From: Lama guanicoe
Lineage: Eukaryota
Direction of reading: 5' to 3'
Assembly (NCBI GenBank): GCA_013239625.1
Contig: MU053652.1
Span: 2,792,001-2,856,000, forward strand
Length of the DNA: 64,000 bases
Each line of letters opens with the position of its first letter. The stretch's first letter is position 1. The notes below the pieces were generated by a model that was given only the letters and a program-made list of their open reading frames with translations, was not told the DNA's origin and searched no databases. The translations under genes and the position numbers were made by a program. This document shows, piece after piece, positions 39,586 to 51,130 of the stretch.

Positions 39586-42036
39586 CAAATGGGTGGCCAC
39601 TCAAAATTTTAAATTCTTTTTAAGAGGGCTATTTAAGAAATGAGACAGTATTGCTGATTTCACTGTGCTATATTGCTTTGGAATACTTAGTGAGACCTAT
39701 TTAATTAATTTCTATGTCAAATGTTCTTTGGATTCTAATTGTGGAACAGAAATCATTATTTGTCTTTCCCAGAATTTAGTGACCAATAACAGCTTTATTT
39801 CCCTTACACGTGAACATTGGTTTAGAATGATTGGTTTCATGTTTAATAATTATTAACACCCCCCCACTGGAAGAAATGGTAGTTTCTTAGATTGATAATC
39901 TGTTCGTGCACAGTAGTTCAAATGTGTAGCTTACCCTCCACCTCCTAGTTTTTTGGGAAGGAAATTGATCACAGCTTAAGATCTTTCCTTTTTTCAGATA
40001 CAGAGAGGTATACCTGTCTAGGCCCTGGGTGCCCACCCATCTGTTCCCAACCCCATATATATGGAGATGGCGGGTAATCTGGAATAAGGTCCTTGGGGTT
40101 GGGAGATAGAGTGCAACCGAGAGAAGTCCCTCTGGGGTCCTTCCCAGAGGGGTCCAGCCACGTTCTGCACAGGAATAGGGATCAGGATCTCTAGGGGCAT
40201 AGGGCTTCGTACCTTTGCTCCTGCAAGTCCTCATAGATAAAATAGGAGATTGAATTTTACCTCCTTAGATGAAAGTAGGTGTCTTTCAGGTAGAAAAATG
40301 ACCAAATTTTAATGAAAAAAATTAAAACAACCCTAAAATATCTTGCCCATGATTCTGCCTAAGTCTATGCAAATAGAAAAAAAGTATTCTGGAAACATTT
40401 CTTTGCCTGAAATTCATTTCAGCCATTTTCCCAAATAAAGTACCAGCTGTTTAACCAAAAGATTTTTTTCTTTTTCTCCCCCTAAAGCAAGCCCTTTATT
40501 CAACAAAGATTTATGGGACACTCCTATTTGTCAGGCATGCCGAAGACAAGATGTACCTGCAAGGATAAAAGAAGCATGGGGTTTGGGGTTTGGGGGCTGA
40601 TACCTGACCCACCCCCTAGGGATGAAGGGCTTTCAGAGAGGGGTTGGGGAAGCTTTGGAGGGAGAATGGAGAAAGCTGAGGTTTGAAGGATGAATAAGAC
40701 TTGGCTGTTAGCCAGGTTGGGAGGAAGTTGGTGAGGACCTCAAAACTGTGACATTGGGTTTAAAGAAGAAAGAGTAGGGTCAGGAGATGCAGTGTGTAGG
40801 AGTGATGTGAAATTGTGACCGGCAGAATTTGAAGAATGTGGGTGAAAAAGGCGTCAGGGATTAGCCCAACTTTGGTCTTGGCCATCTCAACAAGTGTGAT
40901 ACCATTCCCTGAGGTGGGAATGCAAGGCACCCAGGGGGTTTTATTGTGTTTTGCTTGTTGATTTGGGAAACCAAAAAGTCACTCCAGAGGTTTTATCAGA
41001 GGAGCGCAGCTATTTGCAAACACTTGGTTGAACTTTAAAGGTGACACTCTTTGACCCATCATCCATCCAGGAGAACACACACGAAGCGTTAGGAAGGAAA
41101 GTGAAAACAGACGTGGCCTTGGTGGTCTGTGTGTGTGCAGCATCTTCTCATTTACAGGTAAAATCACCGTTATAAACTTCAGGGCAATTATAGCGGGATA
41201 ATTCTTGCACATGAAAACCTATCACATCTAAGAATTTAGTAATTCCTTTTGATTACTTTTTTCTACTTGACCTCTTGTCTCCATATTTTTATTATTTATA
41301 AAGTACACTGTAACTTCTTTGGAACAAAGATTGAAAAGATAAATTTTAGAATAGACTGTTCAATTTTTCATACGTATTAGCTCATTTAACTTTTAAAATA
41401 ATCCTGTAAATGAGATACTTTTAATCATATTACTTCATGATAAAGATTAATAATAAAGGTATTTGGAACTCATCAGGTTTAAATTTTTTTTGATATGCCC
41501 TTAACACAAAGCATAGATTCTTATTCACATCTGTTGACATCAGCAGGTAAATGAGGATGACAGTGTATTATTTTGGAAGTTAAAATGATTTCTGCCTTGT
41601 CCTTTTGAAAGAAGTACACTGGTAACAAGTTGATCCATGATACACAAAATAATACCCTATTTTTCTACTTTTTGAGAATATTGAAAAATTATTTGGAAAA
41701 TAACTCCTCTGTCTTCTGAAAGATTTTGCCCATTATTCACTTTCCTGCCTTTTTATATAATCATAAATATATTATATTAAACCAAAAATACTGTATAAAC
41801 AGTTGCTTTCAAATTACATCAAAATAGAAGTTAAAGTTAGGTTTTACCTAATGCTTCCAACCTACCTTTTAATAATACGTGATCAGATCATGCTTTAAAT
41901 GTATTGTTTGTTGAGGTACCTTGAGGAAGTAAGTTGTTTAACCTCAATTAGGCTGTTTCCTTGTCTGTAAAATGCAGACCACGAAGTATGTGCTCCAGCG
42001 CTGAAATAACTTCTTGGGTGTGAGTGCCAGTGAACA

Positions 42037-42068
42037 GGCAGTTTCCTTTTGTGCCACAAGGGGGCGTG
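42037..42068 (+). promoter_or_regulatory. Candidate CTCF binding site (core plus upstream module)
   Basis: GCCACAAGGGGGCG closely matches the CTCF core CCASYAGRKGGCR and is preceded by GGCAGTTTCC, similar to the upstream TGCAG module. Confidence 0.6.
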
Positions 42069-43179
42069 CCTATGTTGTTGCTAACCTGAGCTGAGGTCTG
42101 AATTCGAAGATGTGGCTGAAAAGTTAGGGACAAGTGGATTGCTGGGAAAATGTGAAAGAAAAAGATTTTTTTTTTGACAGTGTTAAGGGAAAGAGTTACT
42201 CGAAACATATAATGATGCAAAGAAAAGGATTGTGAATGAGATTCCTTTAAAATATGGGAGCTTTTGCCAACATAGATCATTATAGATTTCTATTCCCAGT
42301 CAACAACCTTTTTTTGGGGGGTGGGGGGGTCTGTATCTGAGACTTCTATTTATTTGTTTGCCTTTCTTTACAACTGTGTCTATAAATCTTTTATATCAGA
42401 CATAGAACCCAAAGTTTAGTTTCTTAGTAGTGGCCCTGAATAAATGATACTGGTTAAAGAGAAATTGGATTGTTTGTTCTCAGTGCCTTGGGTATGTACA
42501 AAATGTCTTTGCCCCAAGTTAGTAAATCAGGGAAATTTGAATTTTCCCATCCTGCCTTCATCCATGCACTTTTATTTCCTCTGTTTGAGTTTCTGAATTC
42601 TTTGAAAATGTTTTGCTGTCATACATATCTCAGAAAGTTGGGAGGGAACAAGGAAGACCATTCTGTGAACCAATCCCAGGGATGTAGAACCAATTTTAAT
42701 ATACAATGAAATTTAAAAATTTGACAAGAAAAGAGCTAAACAAATAGAGTGATGCTGGCACTGGTGGAATTAGTCTGATAAATTTAGGGAAATAGTTTCA
42801 GCTTGGCTGTGTGAATTATTTCATGTGTTCTTTGATTTAAATTATCCAGGTAGTTCCTTTATTATGCTTGTATTTTTATTATAAATACAAAAATCATGAG
42901 CATGTTTTGTTTTACATCATTGTATTTATACTTTAACACTTTTTGGATTAGAAAATGTTCTGAATTTAGAAAGAACAACCCATAGGCGTCTCCTTTTAGC
43001 TCTGAATCCTACTTTGAGAAGTTTTCTCTGGGGTTTGTTCCTGCTGACACTGTCCACGTTCACCGTCATACTGCCCTGGCTCAAATACTTGAATTTGGTA
43101 TCTATCATTCTCATGAATGTTTTTTAACACTTTTACTAAATATCGATGTATTCCTAAACATAAAATTGTGGTACATTTT

Positions 43180-45270
43180 TTTACTCTCTTAACAAATTTC
43201 TAAGTATACGTACGTTTCTGTTAACTGGAAGCACATTGTTGTACAGTACATCTTTAGAACTTTTTCATCTTGCACAACGGAAACTTTATGCACCTGAACA
43301 GTGAGTCCTCATTTCTCCCGACAACCGTCATCCTACTTCAAGCTTCTATGAGTTTGTGTGTTTTAGATACCTCATGTAAATGAAAGTCACATAGTATTTG
43401 TCTTTCTGTGACTGGCTTATTTCACTTAGCATAATGTGCTGAAGATTCATCTGCGTTGTCCCATATGACAGGATTTCCCTCTTTTTGAAGGTCGATTAGT
43501 GTTCCATTGTAAGTATATATATATATACACGTTTTCTTTATCCATCCATCCATCAGTGGACATTTAGGTTGTTTCCACTTCTTAGCTGCAGTAAATGTGA
43601 GTCCAAACATCTATGTGAGATCCTAATTTCAGTTGTTTGGGGTAAATATCCAGATGTGGAGTTGCTGGATCGTGTGGTAGTTCCATTTTTAATATTTTAA
43701 GGAACCTCCATACTGTTTTCCATAGTAGCTGCCCCAGTTTACATCCCCACCAGTAGTACACAAGGGTTCCAGTTATTCACATCCTTGCCAACACTTGTTT
43801 TGTGTGTATGTGTTTGTGTGTGTGTGTGTTTAATTTTATTGCCATTCTAACAGGTGTGAGGTGACATTTCGTTGTGCATTTGCATTCTGATGATTAGTGA
43901 TGTTGAGCATCTTTTCATGTACCTGTTGGCCATGTGTATGTCTTCTTTGGGGAAAAGCCTATTCAAGTCCTTTGCCCATTTTTAATCATTTTACTTATTT
44001 ATCTATTTGAGTCTCTATTTATTTATTTATTGTATAGAGTTGTAGGGGTCCTTACATATAATGGTTATTAACACTTTATCACATATGTAGTTTGTAAATA
44101 CTTTCATTCTGTAGATTTCCTTTTCACTCTGTTAGATGGTTGTCTTTGCTGTGCCTTAGCTTTTTAGTATAATGTACAGATACCTGTCCATTTTTGCTTT
44201 TGTTGAAAGACCATTGTCAGGAAGCTTTTCCCCTTTGTTTTCTTCTAGGAGTTTTAGTTTTGGGTCTTAACATTTAAGCGTTTAATCCGTCTTGAGTCAA
44301 CTTTTGTACGTGACGTAAGATAAGGTCCAAGGTCTTTTGCATGTAAATACCCAGTCTTCCCAACAACATTTGTTAAAGAGATTGTCCTTTCCTTCTTGCG
44401 TATTTTTAGCACCCTTATTGAAGCTCAGTTGACCACATATGTGTGGACTTGCTGGGCTTTCTCTTCTGTTCCATTGGTCTACATGTCTGTCTGTATGCCA
44501 GTACCAGTTTGAGAAGAGTTAGCTTTAATACTTTAGCTGTCCAGTATAATCCACCCGTTGGTCCTGTGCTTTTCTTTGTTGGGAAGTCAACCTCCTTACC
44601 ACTCTGTTCAGATTTTCTATTTCTTTGGATTTGGTCTTGGTGGGTTGCATGTTTCTAGGAATATTTTTGTTTCTTCTAGGTTGTCCAGTTTGTTGATACG
44701 GAATTATTCATACAAGTCTCCTATAATCCTTTTTGTTTCTGTGACATCAGTTGTTGTGTCTCCTCTTTCATTTCTGATTTTGAGTCTTTTTTCTTAGTCT
44801 AGCTAAATGTCAATTTTGCTGTTTTTTTTTTTTAAAAAACAGGTCTTAGTTTTGTTTTTTCCTGTTGTTTTTCTGTTCTCTATTTTGTTTATTTCTGCTC
44901 TAATTTTTATTATTTCCTCCCTTCTGCCACCGTTGGGCTTAATTTGTTCTTCTTTTTCTAGTTCCTTGAGATGTAATGCTAGCTTGTGTATATGGGATCT
45001 TTCTTCTTTTTTAATGTGAGTGTTTACCATTATAATATATATTTTGTTGCATCCCGTAAGTTTTGGTATGTTGTGTTTTTGTTTTTACTTGTCTCAAAAT
45101 ATTTTCTAATTTCCTTTTCAATTTCTTCTGTGACCATTGGATGCGCAAGACTGTTGTTTCATTTCCACACACTTGTGAATTTTCCAGGTTTCCTTCTGCT
45201 GTTGACTAGAGTTTTGTTCCACTGTCGTCAGAAAAGATACTTGGTATGATTTCAGTCTTCTTGAATTTGT
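43180..45270 (-). mobile_element. L1 (L1MA-like) with large internal ORF2 gap
   Basis: ORF 43422..43610(-) AKKWKQPKCP (ORF2 C-terminus); ORF 44803..45030(-) LHLKELEKEEQIKP...EIIKIRAEINKIE (ORF2 post-endonuclease region); TSD-like tgtggtacat at 43167 and tgtcgtacat at 45270. Confidence 0.9.
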
Positions 45271-45304
45271 GTCGTACATGTTTTCAAACAAGATATAAAT
45301 TATG

Positions 45305-45730
45305 TCTGTTGAAACAGAGTTCCAGGGAAAGCCAACTCTGAGAAGGAGATTAACATGCAGAAGTTTATTAAGGAGATTTTAGGATTAACACCCGGGGAGA
45401 AGAAGGAAGCCGGACTGGGCAGAGAGAAAGTGGGCTGTAGTGTAGTCACGAGAAAGGCCTCAGCTGATCCCAGAGGAAACGTGGGAGGCGGGATAGCCCA
45501 GCCCTTCTGAATTGTCCTGGGTTGGGGTGAGGAGGGGCCAGGCGTTTGTGGTCTCACACTAACCAGTTGTTGGATGCAGGCTGCCCCTAGTGAGGGGACC
45601 TGACTTTGGCCAGGTGACTCTTTTCAGCTGAGGGCCGTCAGCCTGCAGCACTCCCCAGAGCTAGGGGAGTAAACCCCAGTAAGCTCTGGAGAGACCTGAA
45701 TAGCCCATCTCCGCATCGCTCAGTACATAC
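45305..45730. mobile_element. ERVL-type solo LTR (LTR16/LTR33-like)
   Basis: GC-richer block starting gagttccagggaaagccaactctgagaaggagattaacatgcagaagtttatt, inserted in AT-rich L1. Confidence 0.55.
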
Positions 45731-45749
45731 TGAGCCTCATCAGAGCTTG

Positions 45750-46955
45750 CGTTTTTGGTCCAGTGCTATGTTTTCGAGATTTATTCACACTAATATCTAT
45801 AGCCTTAGTCACCCGTTTAAATTGTTTTTAGAATTTTATAAATATGTCATGTTTTAAAAATACATTTTACTATTGACATTTGAGTTTTGTAGTTTTTCAC
45901 TTTTGAAAAATGTAGCTGTGAGCATTTTCTTACATCTCCTTAGTGCACGTACTTAGTTCATCTTGGGTATCTAACCAGAAAAGTCCTGGGTCTTAGCATA
46001 CGCACTGCTTCATACTGAACAGTTGTGATGAAATTGCGCTCTCAAGCGGGTGTACCTTGCTCCATGTTCTCATAAACACGCGGCATTGTCAGACTTTAAT
46101 TTTGTCAGTTTGATGGGTAGGAAATGGTATCTCATTGTGGATTTAATTAGGATTCTGTTGGTTACTAGTGAGTGTGAGAATTTATGTGTTTATTAGCTTC
46201 TTGGGTTTCTTCTGTGAAGTGCGTATCCCAGTCATGTGCCCATTTTTGCTATTGGTTTCCTTTTCTTACTAATTTAAACAATCTTTGCATATTTTTCTCA
46301 CCCATTCTTTATTATCTGTATGTGTACAGTTATCTTCTCCTGGTTTTGGACTTGATTGTTCATGTTTTAAATAAAGTCTTCTGTTGAATAAGAGTTTCCT
46401 TTTGATGCAGTCAAGTTTAATCACCCCTTTCCTTTTGGCATTATTTGTGTCTTGGGAAAATTCTTTCTGAGGTCATATAAAAACATTCTCCTCTGTTTTC
46501 TACTAAAAGTTTTATTAAAATTTTGCTTTTCACAGTTTCACCTGCAGTCCATCTAAAACGGAGTTGTATGTATGTTGTGAGGTGCAGACCCTCATTTCAC
46601 TTCCCCACGGGCAGCCAGTTTCCCTAGCAGTGTTAGTCACCAGTGCATCTTTTCTCCCCTGATGTGCAGTCTCTTTCTGTCACAACAAGTTTCCATCTAC
46701 ATAGGTCAGTTTTGATTTTATATTTTTTTCCTACTTCATTTCTACATTTTATTATGTCTTTATTTCTTTATTGTGTCTTCTTGTCTGGTAAGGTAAGTCC
46801 TCCCATCTCCTTGGTCTTTTTTAAAAATTGGCCCTTCCTTTGGCTTTTGCTCTAATATATGCATTTTAGAATTATATCCTGTAGATTGAGTTCATACAAT
46901 GACTTTATAGCTTGATTTGAGGAAAATTTACTTCTTTGCAGAACAGATGTTTCCT
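45750..46955 (-). mobile_element. Old L1 remnant
   Basis: tttgtcagtttgatgggtaggaaatggtatctcattgtgg; cttttgatgcagtcaagttta; ttgtatgtatgttgtgagg. Confidence 0.65.
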
Positions 46956-46969
46956 GTCGATGTCTTTTT

Positions 46970-47092
46970 TTGGGGGGGGAGGTAATTTGGTTTCTTTATT
47001 TAATTTTTTTTTAAATGGAGGTGCTGGGGATTGAACCTGGGACATCATGCGTACTAGACATGTGCTCTACCACTTGAGCTGTACCCTCCCCC
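46970..47092 (-). mobile_element. tRNA-derived camelid SINE (Vic-1-like)
   Basis: Minus strand reads gggggagggtacagctcaagtggtagagc (A box)...ggttcaatcccc (B box)...attacctcccccc; TSD gatgtctt(t/c)tt at 46959-46969 and 47094-47104. Confidence 0.9.
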
Positions 47093-48699
47093 TGATGTCT
47101 TCTTCAGTATCTATGTTTAGGTATCTTTTCTGCAAACATAAAGTTTTTTATACCTTACCTTTTTACTAAATAACTGACATTTTGCATGTTAATAAATACA
47201 TTTCTTCAACCAGTTTTAAGGACTACGTAACCATCCATTACTTGGCTAGACAGCAGGGTACTTAACCACGCCCCGTTGACATTTAGATTAACACAGTTCA
47301 CAGTGACTATTCTTGAACTCACATCTTTCCCATGACAAAATTATGTATAAATATTCACTTATGTTCTATTCTAGTAAAGCTAAGATACGTTACATAATTA
47401 AGTATTTATCCAGAATGGGTTCAGGTGTAAGATATGAGAAGAACGTCTGACTGTCTCCCCACATGGCTGGCCAGTAGTCACACACTTTGTCCTTTTGGTC
47501 TGACTTTGCCATTTCCATTTCACTTCAGGGAACTATCGGAGGTGCCCATGCCTAGCAGTCCCTCAATAAATGTTTGAATAAGTGACCCAATTTTTAATAT
47601 TTGTTTTATTTTCAGATGTGTTCTTTCCATTGGTCTGTCTGTCAACTCCAGATCCACACAACACCATTTTAATTACTCGACCTGGTAGAACAGTGATCTG
47701 TCATCATTACTATTATTATTTTTTACATCCCCCCCAGGCTATTCCTGCATCATTTTTCTTTTAGATAAACTTTAAATAATAGGTCACTTTCCGTCTGCAA
47801 CTGTTAACGATTTTGATTGACAGCGTGTTAGTTTTCTAAAAAAAATCTAAAGGCATTTATATTTTAATTTTCTGGCCTAATGAGTACTGCATATTCATCT
47901 AACTTATGAATTCTGGAACTTTTTGGTTGGAGAGGATAAATCCCCAGATTTCTTTTTTGATTAAAATTCAAGGCAATTAAAGAAATCCACTGCAGCAGAC
48001 AGAATCATGCCACATGTTTGTTCTGTAGACAAATGTTTTTCTACACGGAGCAGCAGGTCAGAGCCTTTGCATCCTCCTCCCTGCAGAACACAGCACATGT
48101 GTGCCCTGACCGGACAGAGTCTTGAAAATAGATAATATTTATATAATCTTGGGTCAAAGAAGTCTTTCAATGGCCTTTCTCCCACAAATCCTTAAAAGAC
48201 TTCTGTGCCTTTATTTGTTCTCTGATTTACCTCCTTAATGGTAAGGAAATAGGGCACTGAGCCTGCAGGGCATGGTGGGGAAGTCTGCAGAACTCTCTTT
48301 CACACCTGCTTGGATGCTGGCAGTGCTGTTTGCGAAGTGAAGGTTGAAGGCTGGTTTGTCGTGTGTTTTCACAGAGCGCTGATGGCTCCAGGCCAACCCA
48401 TTTAGTCTTTGTCTTTTTTCTTGCATAAAATGGCCTGTTTTTCACTTCCAGTGGGGGTGTTAGGCACTCAGAGAAGTCTGTTCCTGCTTCACATGCACAC
48501 CATCTGTGGTCCTTGGCATCTCTGACAGGGTCCCAGATTGGCCAAAGAGTCTATGGGTCAGCATCCGGAATGGTCAGTGTCCTGGCCCGTGTTTGTGCCT
48601 GTCGGCCCCTGTGGCCAGTGCTGCAGCGCCCCCCTGCAGAACCCCACGTTGGTGCCGTGGACTGTATTCTGAAGAGTTTAAATGAAGTCTTCATCTAGA

Positions 48700-49270
48700 A
48701 TACTTTTACGAAAGGTGCAAAGATAGTACAGAGAGGTCCTGTAGGTCCCTCACCTGGTTACTCCAATTGCTAACTGTTACATTATCATGTTACATTTGTC
48801 ACAGTTAAGGAGCACACGTGGATTCATTACTATTAACTAAAATCCACACTTTATTCACATTCACTAGTTTTCCCCTAATACCCTTTTTCTTCCACCCAGC
48901 ATATCACATTCCGTTTTGTTGTCCTGTCTCCCTCATTTCCTCTGGCCTGTGACAGTTTCTTAGCTTCCCCTTGTTTTTGATGACACCCGTTTTGAGGAAT
49001 ACTGATCAGACGTTTTGTGAAACATTTGGATTTCTCTCATAGTTTTCCGATTGTTCTCCCGGGGCTCTGGGTTTTCCAGAGGAAGAACCACTGAGGTGAA
49101 GTGACATGCTTATTACATGGTGTGCGGGGCACATGCCCTGACCCTGACTGACCCCTCATGGTGCTGCCCTTGGTCACCTGGCCAGGGTGGGGCTTGCCAG
49201 CTTCCTCCACTGGAGATGTGTTTCCCTCCCTTCCATACTCAGCTCTTTGGAAGCAAGACAGTAAGCACAG
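48700..49270 (-). mobile_element. L1MC/L1MD-like 3' UTR
   Basis: tgcaaagatagtacagagag...tacatttgtcacag...tactattaactaaa...tgtgacagtttcttag...ccactgaggtgaagtg. Confidence 0.7.
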
Positions 49271-50268
49271 TGTAGTCTCCATTTAAGAGATGCTTTTAGT
49301 TGTCTTATCTGTCTGGACCCTGTTATATTTAAAGCACGCCTATTATTATTATTATTTTTTTGTACTCTGAATGTATAGATCTTGTGTTTAAAGCCTTAAA
49401 AATCAATAGAAGTTGCCTAGGCCTAAGAAGGATTTGAAGCGGTCAATAGCAGTCTGTCTTCCTGTCCTCACGTGTTTGGCTTATTGGTTTTATTTAAAAA
49501 TCTTCATATCCTGTGTGCTATATCCTTGTGCTACATGGGCTGCTCCATTCTAACTTTAGGAATTCAGATTACAGATTGTTTGTTGTGTTGCTTGTGGGGT
49601 GAAATTCTCAATGAATTTGATTTTTTTGCCTGATTAGTCTTTTGCATTCACATGACTTTACATTTTCACTTAAGTCCGTTTCTAAAGAAGAATGAAGATT
49701 ATTTTATTATTTTAGTGTATAATAGGAATGTTCTTGAAATTTTATATATATATATAAACATTATAGTGTTTTGTTCATTAAATCATCATTATATGTGTTC
49801 TTAGGGAACTTAGTGTTTCAAAAAAAAACCTTGTGATAACTTTGTGATGCTGAAAATGACCAATTTGGCACATCCACATCTGCAGACACTTAATGTCACC
49901 CACAGGTGCAAACGTTTCGTTAAGGTGAACTGGTTAAAGCATATTCGGAACGTTAGAATTTCATGTTCGTTCTTTCTTCTTATTGTGAACCTATTTAAAA
50001 AATTGTTTTCAGTGTGCTGGAGTATTTTGTCTTTTAAGTCCATCTCAGAATCCAGTACCAGAGGGGAAAGTTTGAAAAGTACACTTGAAGAGGGCTTTTG
50101 CTCAACTTCATGGTCACTCGGCATGACAGCTCAGAAGCAGAATAATGTTTTTAATCAACCGCAGGGGAAGTCCTTTCCCTGGCCCCAGTTCTACTTTCAG
50201 TCAGTCAGAAGAGTCTTCCATTGGTGCAGGGGATTCCCACATGGTCTATAATAAGTCTCCTTTGAAGC

Positions 50269-50293
50269 TGTGTGTGTGTGTGTGTGTGTGTGT
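50269..50293 (+). repeat. (TG)12 microsatellite
   Basis: Read directly. Confidence 0.95.
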
Positions 50294-50849
50294 AAGGGAG
50301 GACAGGACTGCATGCCTTTTCTGTCTCAGTTGCAAGTGCTAGTTTGGCGTACTGCTACTTTGTTTTAATATTACTCATTCTTTTTTTCTGAGTATAGATG
50401 TGCAAGAATGAGAAAGGCTAATCTTTGTAAAATGAAATATAAAAAATTAATTTGTTCTCAGGTAGGTTAAAGGCCTATTAAATATAAGATCTTTGACTAT
50501 ATGCTGGCTCTTTTTTCTGCAATAAGTAAAGAAAATTCTATGCAGAGCATTGGAGACAGGAGGCCCCTCACCTCACCTGCCTTTCGCTGCCCCAGCCGGC
50601 CTTTCCCTGGTGAGCTGCGGGCCTCTTGTCCTTTGTGCTTAGGATCAGGCTGATGTTCACTGCTTGGACCTGGCAGGCATGAGTCCTGCAGTTACTGTCA
50701 GGTCAAATTCTAAGGACGGGAAGTCACCTTCAAAAAGGTGATAAATATTGAGCCACTTTGGGGATGCTGTACCGGGATGAAGAGCCATGTCATAGCATGT
50801 TGTGATTCACACAGTGAATGCATCTTCATCTCTCTCTTGCCCGAGGCTA

Positions 50850-51130
50850 ACATTCATTCATCCAGAAAACGTTTCCGTGCTCATTTTGAGCCAGGCTCTG
50901 TGATGAGGTGGGGGTATACGGAAATAAAAAAGGTCCAGCGCCGTCCTTAGTAAGCTTCCAGTCTAGTGAAATAAGCAGAGTGCATTGTGGTAACATCCCT
51001 GATACAGAAGTGCCTGGGGAGGCCTTCAATCCAGACACTCAAGGCAGATCACTCTGGAGGAAGTGACAGATGACCTAGGTTTGGGAGGATGGATACAAGT
51101 AAACTGAGAGAGAATGGAGATTGCGATACA
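50850..51130 (-). mobile_element. L2 3' end
   Basis: cattcattcatcc...gccaggctctgtg...agcttccagtctagtg...ctggaggaagtgaca. Confidence 0.6.

Noticed and set aside
40128..40151. 9-bp-stem hairpin ccctctggg/cccagaggg
   Set aside because: Stems of this length are expected by chance in 64 kb, and there is no miRNA-length precursor.
46970..47092. tRNA gene (also 23498-23607)
   Set aside because: The tRNA-like head has an AT-rich tail and TSDs, so it is a SINE rather than a functional tRNA.
48621..48640. Second CTCF-like site (agcgcccccctgcag)
   Set aside because: The extra C shifts the register and leaves several core mismatches.
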